Below, one piece after another: positions 9,868 to 18,357 of a stretch of 64,000 bases of DNA (position 1 is its first letter; each line of letters starts with the position of its first letter). The notes under the pieces were generated by a model. It was not told the origin of the DNA and searched no databases. It was given only the letters and a program-made list of their open reading frames with translations. Origin of the DNA: an uncultured Lachnospiraceae bacterium (GTDB taxonomy: Bacteria; Bacillota; Clostridia; Lachnospirales; Lachnospiraceae); the NCBI GenBank assembly GCA_934351835.1, contig CAKRJP010000007.1, forward strand, positions 1,268 to 65,267, given 5' to 3'. Made by a program: the position numbers and the translations under genes.

Positions 9868-10305
9868 ATGTTAAAAATATTTTATGGAGATATGCCAGAT
9901 GCAGTCTATAATACGGCGGCATATTTTAAATATGATTATGAGGAAGAATGGATTACAGATCCATTTGTAAAAGAAATGATTCTGGATGTGGACAAATCAA
10001 AGGTTATTGATGGAGGAGTGATTGATAGTCCGATATTAGGAAAGATTTCACCGCTTGGATTATCAGGTGGTGTAAAGACTTTGATTTTGGTCAAATTTAA
10101 TACTGAGAAAATTTTTAATGTATCTACTTGCGGAGATAATTGTGCCAAATGGCTTCTTGAAATTGCTAAATATGAAGATCGGACGGTAAATCTTCATCAT
10201 TTAATGGATTTCGGAGATGGGGCGATAGAAGTAGAGATTTTAAATACGGGCGAAGTGGTTCATTCTATGGAAGAACTGGTTTATATTGCCGGGGAATTTG
10301 TTTAG
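9868..10305 (+). CDS. DUF4869-like small protein carrying an ABC-type signature motif
   Basis: 145 aa from an AT-rich gene. The segment SPLGLSGGVKTLILV...IFNVSTCGDN mirrors the ABC/SMC signature (LSGG) followed by a degenerate Walker-B/D-loop strand. No Walker A is present. Confidence 0.7.
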   Translation: MLKIFYGDMPDAVYNTAAYFKYDYEEEWITDPFVKEMILDVDKSKVIDGGVIDSPILGKISPLGLSGGVKTLILVKFNTEKIFNVSTCGDNCAKWLLEIAKYEDRTVNLHHLMDFGDGAIEVEILNTGEVVHSMEELVYIAGEFV

Positions 10306-10321
10306 AGACGGGTGAGTAATA

Positions 10322-11296
10322 ATGAAGGGAAGACATAGCGTGCACGTAAGCACAAAACATCTTCGATATGATTTTGAATTGAAACGAAATATTACGATAA
10401 TTCGTGGAGATAGCGCGACAGGAAAAACTACGTTGGTAGATTTGGTAAGAGTGTATTCTAATGATCCTTCAGGAAGTCCGGTAGAACTTGTCTGTGATAA
10501 GAATTGCTTTGTAGTAGAAGGTGTATTATGGAAACAGCAATTGACCGGGATACAGGATAGTATTGTGTTTATCGATGAGGGAAATGAATTTGTAAAGTCA
10601 AAAGAGTTTGCATCTGTAGTTCAACAGACAGATAATTATTATGTTATAGTAACCAGAGAAAGTTTACCGACATTACCTTATAGTGTTGAGGAAATTTATG
10701 GAATCAGAACTTCTGGAAAATATGCTACTTTAAAACAGAGTTATCATGAATTTTATAGAATCTATGGGGATACCAAATTAAAAACAAATGTAAAACCAGA
10801 AAAAATTATTACAGAGGATAGTAATTCGGGATATCAATTTTTCAAGGAGAGTTGTTCTGATGATATTTTGTGTCAATCGGCAAATGGAAAATCAAATATT
10901 TTTCATTTACTAAAACAGCAAACGAATGAAAAGATATTAGTAATTGCGGATGGAGCAGCTTTTGGACCAGAAGTAGATAGAGTTATACAGTTGTTAAAGG
11001 TGAAAAAGAACGTAATATTGTATTTACCAGAATCATTTGAGTGGCTTATTCTACTGTCTGATATATTAAAGGACAATGAGGTCCGAAAGATTTTAAGTGA
11101 TCCGTCAGAATATATAGAAAGTCAGGAATGTTTTAGCTGGGAACGATATTTTACAAGACTGTTAGTAGAAAAGACACAGGATACATACCTGAGTTATTCT
11201 AAAAAGACGTTAAATAAAGCGTATTTGAATGATAATATAAGAAACGCTATTTTTAAAGAGATAAAGGGAATAATATTTGAGGATATACGAAAATGA
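10322..11296 (+). CDS. Minimal P-loop ATPase fused to a Toprim/DUF4435-like C-terminal domain (OLD/AbiL-like)
   Basis: 324 aa. Walker A is GDSATGKTT and Walker B is IVFIDEG, only about 45 aa later. The C-terminal half has IITEDSNSGYQFF, LVIADGAAFGPE and LPESFEWLIL, which resemble Toprim acidic motifs. Confidence 0.7.
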   Translation: MKGRHSVHVSTKHLRYDFELKRNITIIRGDSATGKTTLVDLVRVYSNDPSGSPVELVCDKNCFVVEGVLWKQQLTGIQDSIVFIDEGNEFVKSKEFASVVQQTDNYYVIVTRESLPTLPYSVEEIYGIRTSGKYATLKQSYHEFYRIYGDTKLKTNVKPEKIITEDSNSGYQFFKESCSDDILCQSANGKSNIFHLLKQQTNEKILVIADGAAFGPEVDRVIQLLKVKKNVILYLPESFEWLILLSDILKDNEVRKILSDPSEYIESQECFSWERYFTRLLVEKTQDTYLSYSKKTLNKAYLNDNIRNAIFKEIKGIIFEDIRK

Positions 11297-11574
11297 ATAT
11301 ATTAAGTGAATTTGGAATGATCGGGTTATATTATCTTTGCATGAATATCATAGCCTTTATTTTATACGGTCTGGACAAGAAATACGCCAGGGAGGGCAGA
11401 TGGAGGATCCCGGAGAAGACATTGCTTGGTATTGCGATGATCGGCGGGGCAGCAGGTGCCTGGATAGGGATGCAGACATTCCGGCATAAGACAAAGCATC
11501 TGTCGTTTCGGGTGTTGGTGCCGGTGTTTATCGTGGTGCATGTGGGGATAATTTATAAATTGATGTGCTTATAG
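11293..11574 (+). CDS. DUF1294 family small membrane protein
   Basis: 93 aa containing YGLDKKYAREGRWRIPEKTLL...GGAAGAWIGMQTFRHKTKH. Its start overlaps the preceding stop (ATGA). Confidence 0.8.
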   Translation: MNILSEFGMIGLYYLCMNIIAFILYGLDKKYAREGRWRIPEKTLLGIAMIGGAAGAWIGMQTFRHKTKHLSFRVLVPVFIVVHVGIIYKLMCL

Positions 11575-11586
11575 TGGGGATTTGAG

Positions 11587-11633
11587 ACCTTCGTTTTTAC
11601 AGTTTTATGAGACCGTAAAAACGAAGGTTTTTT
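11587..11633 (+). terminator. Rho-independent terminator
   Basis: A 14-bp stem, accttcgtttttac / gtaaaaacgaaggt, is followed by ttttt. Confidence 0.8.
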
Positions 11634-11730
11634 GATGTCCCCAAATTAAAAAAATTTTTTTCAAAAATATAAAACCGAACCGATAACTTATTCGTCTTAA
11701 GAGTATAACAAACGAAAAGGAGAAAGAATC

Positions 11731-12183
11731 ATGGAAAAAATGATAAGTAAACAGGAAATAATGACAAGTAGACAAGGCATGGAAAAGTATCTGGAGGATG
11801 TGTATACGATGGAGAAGAATTTGTATACGTTGAGAGAAGAGAAAGATCGTTTAGAGTATAGGATTAAGCATACGGGAGAGGCGAGAATAACACCGGTAAA
11901 AAAACCAAATTTAGGAACTGAAATAGGGGGGCAAATGGGAACATGGGTGTATTATCTTTTTAAATTTATCATAGGTGGGGCAATTGCAGGTTTCCTTTTT
12001 AGCGTATATGTATTTTTTTCCAGCAACAATTTTTGTGTATGGAGATTGACTGGAATAGGAGCTGAATTGGGGTTCGTATTAAGCTTTTTGGTGCCTATAT
12101 ATTATGGTTACAATAGTTATAAACAAAAAGACTACGAATATGAGTACAATAAAAAGGCTTTAGCAAGAGATGTAATGCAATGA
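11731..12183 (+). CDS. Hypothetical membrane protein
   Basis: 150 aa with RBS aaggag. The N-terminus is coiled-coil-like and is followed by 2-3 hydrophobic helices. No family recognised. Confidence 0.55.
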   Translation: MEKMISKQEIMTSRQGMEKYLEDVYTMEKNLYTLREEKDRLEYRIKHTGEARITPVKKPNLGTEIGGQMGTWVYYLFKFIIGGAIAGFLFSVYVFFSSNNFCVWRLTGIGAELGFVLSFLVPIYYGYNSYKQKDYEYEYNKKALARDVMQ

Positions 12184-12986
12184 AATTACAAAAGGGTGAC
12201 TATGCAGATCATGAGTATCAGCTTCAAAAAGAAAACCAGGCAACGTGTACAGAAGATGGTTATAAATACTATAAATGTAGACAATGCGGTGCAGAAAAGA
12301 GTGAAAAGACAGCATCGAAACTGAACCATGATTTCTCTGTATTGATAGAGCATAAAGATGGAACTTGTACGACTAAGAGCTATGATTTGTATAAATGTAC
12401 AAGATGTGATCAGACTCAGAAGATGGAAGGCGATTATGGAGAACACTCATATGTAGAGACATCCGGTAACGATGCGGAAACTACATATACTTGTAGTGTA
12501 TGTGGGGCCACAAAAGTAGAATCTAATGATCGGGAATATACCATAGATCTTGGAAATGGACAAACCACGACGGTAACGGGACACTTTGAACGCTCAATGG
12601 AGGCAGAACTCTTTGATATGTTAAATGAGTATAGAGCGGAAAATGGAGTGGAAGCACTTGAGGAAGGCAGTGAAGCACTTAAAAATGCGGCAGATATCCG
12701 TGGTTATGAAATTGCTTATTCGTTTAGCCATACAAGACCGAATGGTGAAAGAGCACTTACATCATTCAATGCTACAACAAACTGTTGTGCAGAGAATATT
12801 GCCAAATATCAAACTTCAGCAGAACAGGTAATGGAATCGTGGAAGAATTCAGCGGGGCATAATAGTAATATGATTTCGAAATATCCGCAAAAGGTTTCGA
12901 TCAGTGTATTCGCGAGATATGAAAGAACACGTAATGATGGCAGTAATGTATATAGCTATCATTTCGTTCAACTTTTTAGCTGGTAA
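12180..12986 (+). CDS. CAP (SCP/YkwD-like) domain protein with Cys-rich N-terminal repeats
   Basis: 268 aa. There are three CxxxxYxxYKCxxC-like units. The C-terminal CAP block is HTRPNGE...AENIA...SWKNSAGHNSNM. The start overlaps the upstream stop. Confidence 0.75.
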   Translation: MKLQKGDYADHEYQLQKENQATCTEDGYKYYKCRQCGAEKSEKTASKLNHDFSVLIEHKDGTCTTKSYDLYKCTRCDQTQKMEGDYGEHSYVETSGNDAETTYTCSVCGATKVESNDREYTIDLGNGQTTTVTGHFERSMEAELFDMLNEYRAENGVEALEEGSEALKNAADIRGYEIAYSFSHTRPNGERALTSFNATTNCCAENIAKYQTSAEQVMESWKNSAGHNSNMISKYPQKVSISVFARYERTRNDGSNVYSYHFVQLFSW

Positions 12987-13163
12987 CAACTGAAAACTAT
13001 TCAATTTTTTGAACTATTTCTACCCGTTTTCTCAGATTGTTGTAAATTTATCTAAAAATGTATTGAATTAAATGCAATATGATGGTGAAATGGCACAAAT
13101 TATATGATATGATAGTAGAAAAGTGTCGAATGAGACAATCTGAGAGATGTAGTGGGGTTGCAC

Positions 13164-13979
13164 ATGGGAAAAATTATATTTGTGGATGTGGATGGTATTA
13201 TTAAGGACATGGGTGGAGAATTTTCACCATTGTTGATTGAGACTATCCGAAAGGTCAGGGAGAACGGACACGAGATCTGTCTGTGTACAGGAAGAACATA
13301 CCAGCAAATTGATCCGGATATTCTGAATATCGGATGGGATGGAGTGATCGCCAATTCCGGCGGTTATGTAGAGTATAAGGGCGAATGTCTGAAGCACCGT
13401 TTGTTTACTCAGCTGGCATATATTGAGTTTATGAATGACCTGCTGACAGAGCCTTGTGTTGTGGAGATTGAGACAAAGAATGATGTCTATGTTCTCAGGA
13501 AAGATCTGAGGGAATATCTGACGCTCAGAGTACGGCTTTTAGATGGAAAGCGCCGTGCACTGAAGCCACCAAAGAATCCGATTCCGGTAGATACGGTATT
13601 AGATGTGCCGGAAGTGGAGAAACTGATGGTGTTCGGAGATAAGGCGCTTGGAAAAGAAATTCTTGATAAATGGAGTTATGCGTTTTTAGTCAGGGAAGCA
13701 AGGATGTCCTGTGCAGCCTGCTGGGCAGGAGAGATCACGCCGAAGGATATTAATGAGGTCAAAGGAATCCGGAAGGTTTTATATGCGGCGGAGAAGAAGC
13801 AGAAAGATGTTGTAGTGATCGGAGATGGCACGGAGGATCTGGAGATGTTACAATTTGCAGAGACCGGCGTGGCACTTGCGAATGCGAAGGAAGAAGTAAA
13901 AGCAGTTTCTGACTATGTGACTAAGGCAGTTTTGGATGAAGGAATCCGGGAAGCTTTTGTGCATTTAGACCTGATTTAG
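13164..13979 (+). CDS. HAD-IIB (Cof-type) hydrolase
   Basis: Motif I is FVDVDGII and there is a late GDGTEDLEM motif. I prefer ATG 13164 to the upstream GTG 13152. Confidence 0.8.
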   Translation: MGKIIFVDVDGIIKDMGGEFSPLLIETIRKVRENGHEICLCTGRTYQQIDPDILNIGWDGVIANSGGYVEYKGECLKHRLFTQLAYIEFMNDLLTEPCVVEIETKNDVYVLRKDLREYLTLRVRLLDGKRRALKPPKNPIPVDTVLDVPEVEKLMVFGDKALGKEILDKWSYAFLVREARMSCAACWAGEITPKDINEVKGIRKVLYAAEKKQKDVVVIGDGTEDLEMLQFAETGVALANAKEEVKAVSDYVTKAVLDEGIREAFVHLDLI

Positions 13980-14030
13980 AGTGGATTTTTGATGGAACAG
14001 ACTCTGAAATTTGAAGAAAAAAATTTTTAT

Positions 14031-14079
14031 GAGCGCGAAAGCCTTAAAACTGGGCATTCGCGCTCTAAGTACGTTTTTT
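14031..14079 (+). terminator. Terminator-like hairpin
   Basis: Arms gagcgcgaa (14031-14039) and ttcgcgctc (14057-14065). A T-run begins 8 nt later, so the geometry is imperfect. Confidence 0.4.
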
Positions 14080-14241
14080 GTGAAAAATTAACTCTTCCAT
14101 TTTGTCTGGATATGGTGTACTATATTAATTGTCACGGCGCAACATCTTGTGCCTTGAAAAGTTAATAATAACTATATTTAGTATGTCGAGCAACTGATAT
14201 AGCATAATATAAACTAAAATGAAGCAGAAAGAGGGAGAATA

Positions 14242-16431
14242 ATGAGTTTAGACGTTAAGACAAAAGTCATTAAGCGAAACGGCGAGGAGGTACATTTTGA
14301 TCTTCAGAAAATAGAGAATGCGATCAATGCTGCAAATGCGGAAGTTGATAACATTTATAAGATGAATGAGTATCAGATCCGTGCAATTGCAGATGACATT
14401 GCCTTACAGGTGAGCCAGATGCCTCATGCTGTCCATGTGGAGGATATTCAGGATATGGTAGAGACCAGTATCATGGGTATGCGTGGATATGAGGTAGCAC
14501 AGAAGTATGTGCGTTATCGTTATAAGAGAGAGCTTGCACGTAAGTCTAATACAACAGATAATGGGATTCTCGCTCTGATCGATCATATTAACGAAGAGGT
14601 GAATCAGGAGAATTCGAATAAGAATCCAGTGATTAACTCTACACAGCGTGATTACATGGCAGGAGAGGTCAGCAAGGATCTGTCTAAGCGTGTTCTTTTG
14701 CCGGAAGAGATTGTAGAGGCACATGAGGAAGGAATTATTCATTTCCATGATTCCGATTATTTTGCACAGAAGGAGCACAACTGTGATCTGATCAACCTGG
14801 AAGATATGTTACAGAATGGCACGGTCATCAGCGAGACGATGATCGAGAAGCCGCACAGTTTCTTTACCGCATGTAATGTTACCACTCAGATTGTAGCGCA
14901 GGTTGCCAGTAACCAGTACGGTGGACAGTCATTTACACTGTCACATCTTGCACCATTTGTTGATGTCAGCAGAAAGAAGATCCGTAAGCTGGTAATTGAA
15001 GAGCGTCAGGAATGCGGTGAGAGCATGGATGAGGCAATTATCGATAAGATTACAGAGAAGCGTCTGAAAGAAGAAGTTAAGAGTGGTATCCAGACGATCC
15101 AGTATCAGCTGATTACTCTGATGACATGTAATGGACAGGCACCGTTTGTTACGGTATTTATGTATCTGGATGAGGTTCCGGAGGGACAGACCAGAGAAGA
15201 TCTTGCGATGATCATTGAAGAAGTGATGAAGCAGAGAATGCAGGGCGTTAAGAACGAGAAGGGTGTATGGATTACACCGGCATTCCCGAAGCTGATTTAT
15301 GTATTAGATGAAGATAATATTACAGAGGATTCCAAGTACTGGTATCTGACAGAGCTGGCAGCAAAGTGTACTGCTAAGCGTATGGTTCCGGATTATATTT
15401 CTGCGAAGATCATGAAGGAACTGAAGCAGGGCAATGTTTATCCATGTATGGGATGCCGTTCCTTCCTGACTGTAGAGGATTCCCAGAAGAATGCAGACGG
15501 AAGTGCGAAGTTCTACGGAAGATTTAACCAGGGAGTTGTTACAATCAACCTTGTAGATGTAGCTTGCAGTTCAGAGGGCGATATGGACCGTTTCTGGGAG
15601 ATTCTTGAGGAACGCCTGGAGTTATGCCACAGAGCACTTAGATGCCGTCATGAGCGCCTTTTAGGCACAATTTCTGACGTGGCACCGATCCTCTGGCAGT
15701 ATGGTGCACTGGCACGTCTGAAGAAGGGTGAGACGATCGATAAGCTGTTGTTTAACGGTTATTCAACAATCTCACTTGGATATGCAGGACTTTATGAGAT
15801 GTGTGTACGCATGATCGGAAAGACACATACAGATCCTGAGGCAAGACAGTTTGCTCTGGATGTTATGCAGAAGTTGAATGACAAATGTAAAGAATGGAAA
15901 GAAGCAGAGAATATCAGCTATTCTGTTTACGGAACTCCGATGGAGTCTACCACATATAAGTTTGCAAAATGCTTACAGAAGAGATTCGGTATCATCAAAG
16001 GAGTTACAGATAAGAACTATATTACGAACAGCTACCATGTCCATGTCACAGAGCCGATCAATGCTTTTGATAAATTAGAGTTTGAGGCAGATTTCCAGAA
16101 ACTTTCACCGGGTGGTGCGATCAGTTATGTGGAAGTACCGGATATGCAGAATAATATTCCGGCAGTATTGTCAGTTATGCAGTTTATTTACGAGCACATT
16201 ATGTATGCGGAGCTGAATACCAAGAGTGATTACTGTGAAGTGTGCGGATATGATGGGGAGATCCAGATTAAGGAAGACGAATCCGGCAAGCTGATCTGGG
16301 AATGCCCGAACTGCGGTAACAGAGATCAGGATAAGATGTCTGTAGCAAGAAGAACTTGTGGATACATCGGAACGCAGTTCTGGAATCAGGGCAGAACCCA
16401 GGAGATTAAAGACAGAGTATTGCATTTGTAA
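14242..16431 (+). CDS. nrdD: Anaerobic ribonucleoside-triphosphate reductase (class III)
   Basis: 729 aa with an N-terminal ATP-cone. The C-terminal Zn ribbon is CEVCGY...CPNCG and the glycyl-radical motif is RRTCGYIG. Confidence 0.95.
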   Translation: MSLDVKTKVIKRNGEEVHFDLQKIENAINAANAEVDNIYKMNEYQIRAIADDIALQVSQMPHAVHVEDIQDMVETSIMGMRGYEVAQKYVRYRYKRELARKSNTTDNGILALIDHINEEVNQENSNKNPVINSTQRDYMAGEVSKDLSKRVLLPEEIVEAHEEGIIHFHDSDYFAQKEHNCDLINLEDMLQNGTVISETMIEKPHSFFTACNVTTQIVAQVASNQYGGQSFTLSHLAPFVDVSRKKIRKLVIEERQECGESMDEAIIDKITEKRLKEEVKSGIQTIQYQLITLMTCNGQAPFVTVFMYLDEVPEGQTREDLAMIIEEVMKQRMQGVKNEKGVWITPAFPKLIYVLDEDNITEDSKYWYLTELAAKCTAKRMVPDYISAKIMKELKQGNVYPCMGCRSFLTVEDSQKNADGSAKFYGRFNQGVVTINLVDVACSSEGDMDRFWEILEERLELCHRALRCRHERLLGTISDVAPILWQYGALARLKKGETIDKLLFNGYSTISLGYAGLYEMCVRMIGKTHTDPEARQFALDVMQKLNDKCKEWKEAENISYSVYGTPMESTTYKFAKCLQKRFGIIKGVTDKNYITNSYHVHVTEPINAFDKLEFEADFQKLSPGGAISYVEVPDMQNNIPAVLSVMQFIYEHIMYAELNTKSDYCEVCGYDGEIQIKEDESGKLIWECPNCGNRDQDKMSVARRTCGYIGTQFWNQGRTQEIKDRVLHL

Positions 16432-16466
16432 GATGCATGTTCAGACATGATGAAAAGATAAAAATA

Positions 16467-16509
16467 AAGAGGGAAGATGTGAGTGGATGACCGTCACATC
16501 TTCCCTCTT
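16467..16509. terminator. Bidirectional terminator between convergent nrdD and paaK
   Basis: A 16-bp perfect stem: aagagggaagatgtga / tcacatcttccctctt. Confidence 0.75.
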
Positions 16510-16529
16510 AAGTTATACATGAATCGTGA

Positions 16530-17780
16530 TTATTCTATACGATAATCGGTTACTCGTTTGGTCTTCTTTTCGCTTCTTGGCAGAGTTCCAATCGGCACGA
16601 TGATTACTTTTGGCGATACGCTGACACGGGATTTGAACAGGCTCTTGATCTGAGAGGCCATCCATTCGAAGTCTACCCGACCTTCGCCTTCTACGGTTAC
16701 GAGCATGACATCGCGGTTGCTGTCATCGTCATGGGCAATGGTGATAGTGTATTCGCTGGATGCACCGTCCACATCACGGAGAATATCTTCTACCTGGTTA
16801 GGGAACATATTTACACCGTGTACTTTGAACATATCATCGCTTCTTCCTTTTATCGTGTCGATACGTGGATAATGGCTTCCGCATGCACATTCACCCGGAA
16901 TGATGCGGGAAATATCATGGGTACGGAAACGAAGAAGCGGAGCTCCTTCTTTTACCAGTGTAGTGATAACAATCTCACCTTCTTCGCCGTCCGGAACAGG
17001 CTGACCGGTGATTGGATCGATGATTTCAATATAAACATAGTCATCCCAGTAGTGGATACCACAGTCCTGTTCACAGGTAATACCGATACCAGGACCATAG
17101 ATTTCTGTCAGTCCATAGATATCGTAGAGCTCAATGCCCAACTGTTCTTTGATACGGGCACGCATCTTATCGCCCCAACGTTCGGAACCGATGACACCTT
17201 TTTTCAGATTCAAACGGTCTTTTAATCCACGACGGTCAATTTCTTCTGCAAGTAATAATGCATAAGAAGAGGTGGCAGTAATAACGGTTGCCTGCAGATC
17301 CTCCATCATTTTTAACTGTTTCTCCGTATTACCAGGTCCCATCGGAATAGCCATGGCACCGAGTTTTTCACAACCATTCTGAAAACCGATACCGGCTGTC
17401 CAGAGTCCATAGCCGGGAGTGATCTGGATACGATCCTTGTTTGTGATTCCGGCCATTTCATAACATCTTGCGAACATAATTGCCCAGTCATCTACATCTT
17501 TTGCTGTATAAGGGATGATGACCGGAGTTCCGGTGGTTCCGGAAGAGGAGTGGATGCGTACAATCTCTTCTTCCGGAACTGCAGCAATCCCCAGTGGGTA
17601 TGCATTTCTCAGATCATCTTTGCTGGAAAATGGAAGCTTTTCGAAGTCTTCCTGAGTCTCTACTTTTTCAATACCATGTTCTTTTAACACTTTTCCATAA
17701 TAGCTTTCGGAGTGGAGCAGGCGTTTGATCTGTGCATCTACCTGTTCCAGTTGTGTCTTAGTTAATTGCATATGCTTCAC
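16530..17780 (-). CDS. paaK: Phenylacetate--CoA ligase family protein
   Basis: 416 aa containing the adenylate-forming motif SSGTTGTPV, plus YGLTE and the PaaK-type C-terminal domain. An alternative ATG start is at 17771. Confidence 0.9.
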   Translation of the reverse strand: MKHMQLTKTQLEQVDAQIKRLLHSESYYGKVLKEHGIEKVETQEDFEKLPFSSKDDLRNAYPLGIAAVPEEEIVRIHSSSGTTGTPVIIPYTAKDVDDWAIMFARCYEMAGITNKDRIQITPGYGLWTAGIGFQNGCEKLGAMAIPMGPGNTEKQLKMMEDLQATVITATSSYALLLAEEIDRRGLKDRLNLKKGVIGSERWGDKMRARIKEQLGIELYDIYGLTEIYGPGIGITCEQDCGIHYWDDYVYIEIIDPITGQPVPDGEEGEIVITTLVKEGAPLLRFRTHDISRIIPGECACGSHYPRIDTIKGRSDDMFKVHGVNMFPNQVEDILRDVDGASSEYTITIAHDDDSNRDVMLVTVEGEGRVDFEWMASQIKSLFKSRVSVSPKVIIVPIGTLPRSEKKTKRVTDYRIE

Positions 17781-18357
17781 CTATTTCCCTTCCGGCATTA
17801 AATACCTGTATGTTTGTTTCGCGGAACTTTTCCGGGACACGATGTTCGATTTCTTTTAAAATAGCTTCTGCAGATAATCCCAGACGTCCGCTTCCTGTGG
17901 CAACGCCGAGGAGTGCGACATTTAGATATTTGGCAGAGCCATAGTTATGTACGAAGGATTCGCCGTCCAGTGTGATAAGGTGCGGACAGTGTTCTTTCAT
18001 ATAATTAATCAGTTCTGTGCCGTCGTAACCAGTGTCTTTCAGAGATTCTGTAACTGGTTTTACGGGCATTTTATTTACGATGATCATGCTGTCTTTTTTC
18101 AGATAGCTGAGATTACGTGCGGCTTCTGCAGGCTCAAAGGCCAGGATCAGATCGGCTTTCCCGCTTGGAATGAGTGGTGAGTAGGCGTGGGTTCCGATAC
18201 GCACATGGCTGGTTACGGATCCGCCACGCTGTGCCATTCCGATGGTCTCGGCAGAATGTACAATGTCACCGCTGCTCATGGCAGCAGCAGCAATCAGGTT
18301 TGATGCGAGGACGGTTCCCTGGCCGCCGACTCCACATAATAAAATATCTTTATTCAT
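17758..18357 (-). CDS. iorB: Indolepyruvate ferredoxin oxidoreductase subunit beta
   Basis: The N-terminus is MNKDILLCGVGGQG. ATG 18357 follows ggagg and overlaps the iorA stop. Confidence 0.9.
   Translation of the reverse strand: MNKDILLCGVGGQGTVLASNLIAAAAMSSGDIVHSAETIGMAQRGGSVTSHVRIGTHAYSPLIPSGKADLILAFEPAEAARNLSYLKKDSMIIVNKMPVKPVTESLKDTGYDGTELINYMKEHCPHLITLDGESFVHNYGSAKYLNVALLGVATGSGRLGLSAEAILKEIEHRVPEKFRETNIQVFNAGREIGEAYAIN

Noticed and set aside
14111-14185. NrdR boxes upstream of nrdD (gtgtactatattaattgtcac, caacatcttgtg, aactatatttagtat)
   Set aside because: They are only partial palindromes. Their spacing (about 52 bp between the two actatatt cores) does not match the usual 31-32 bp arrangement. 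I could not align them convincingly to the NrdR consensus by eye. A position-weight-matrix scan is needed.
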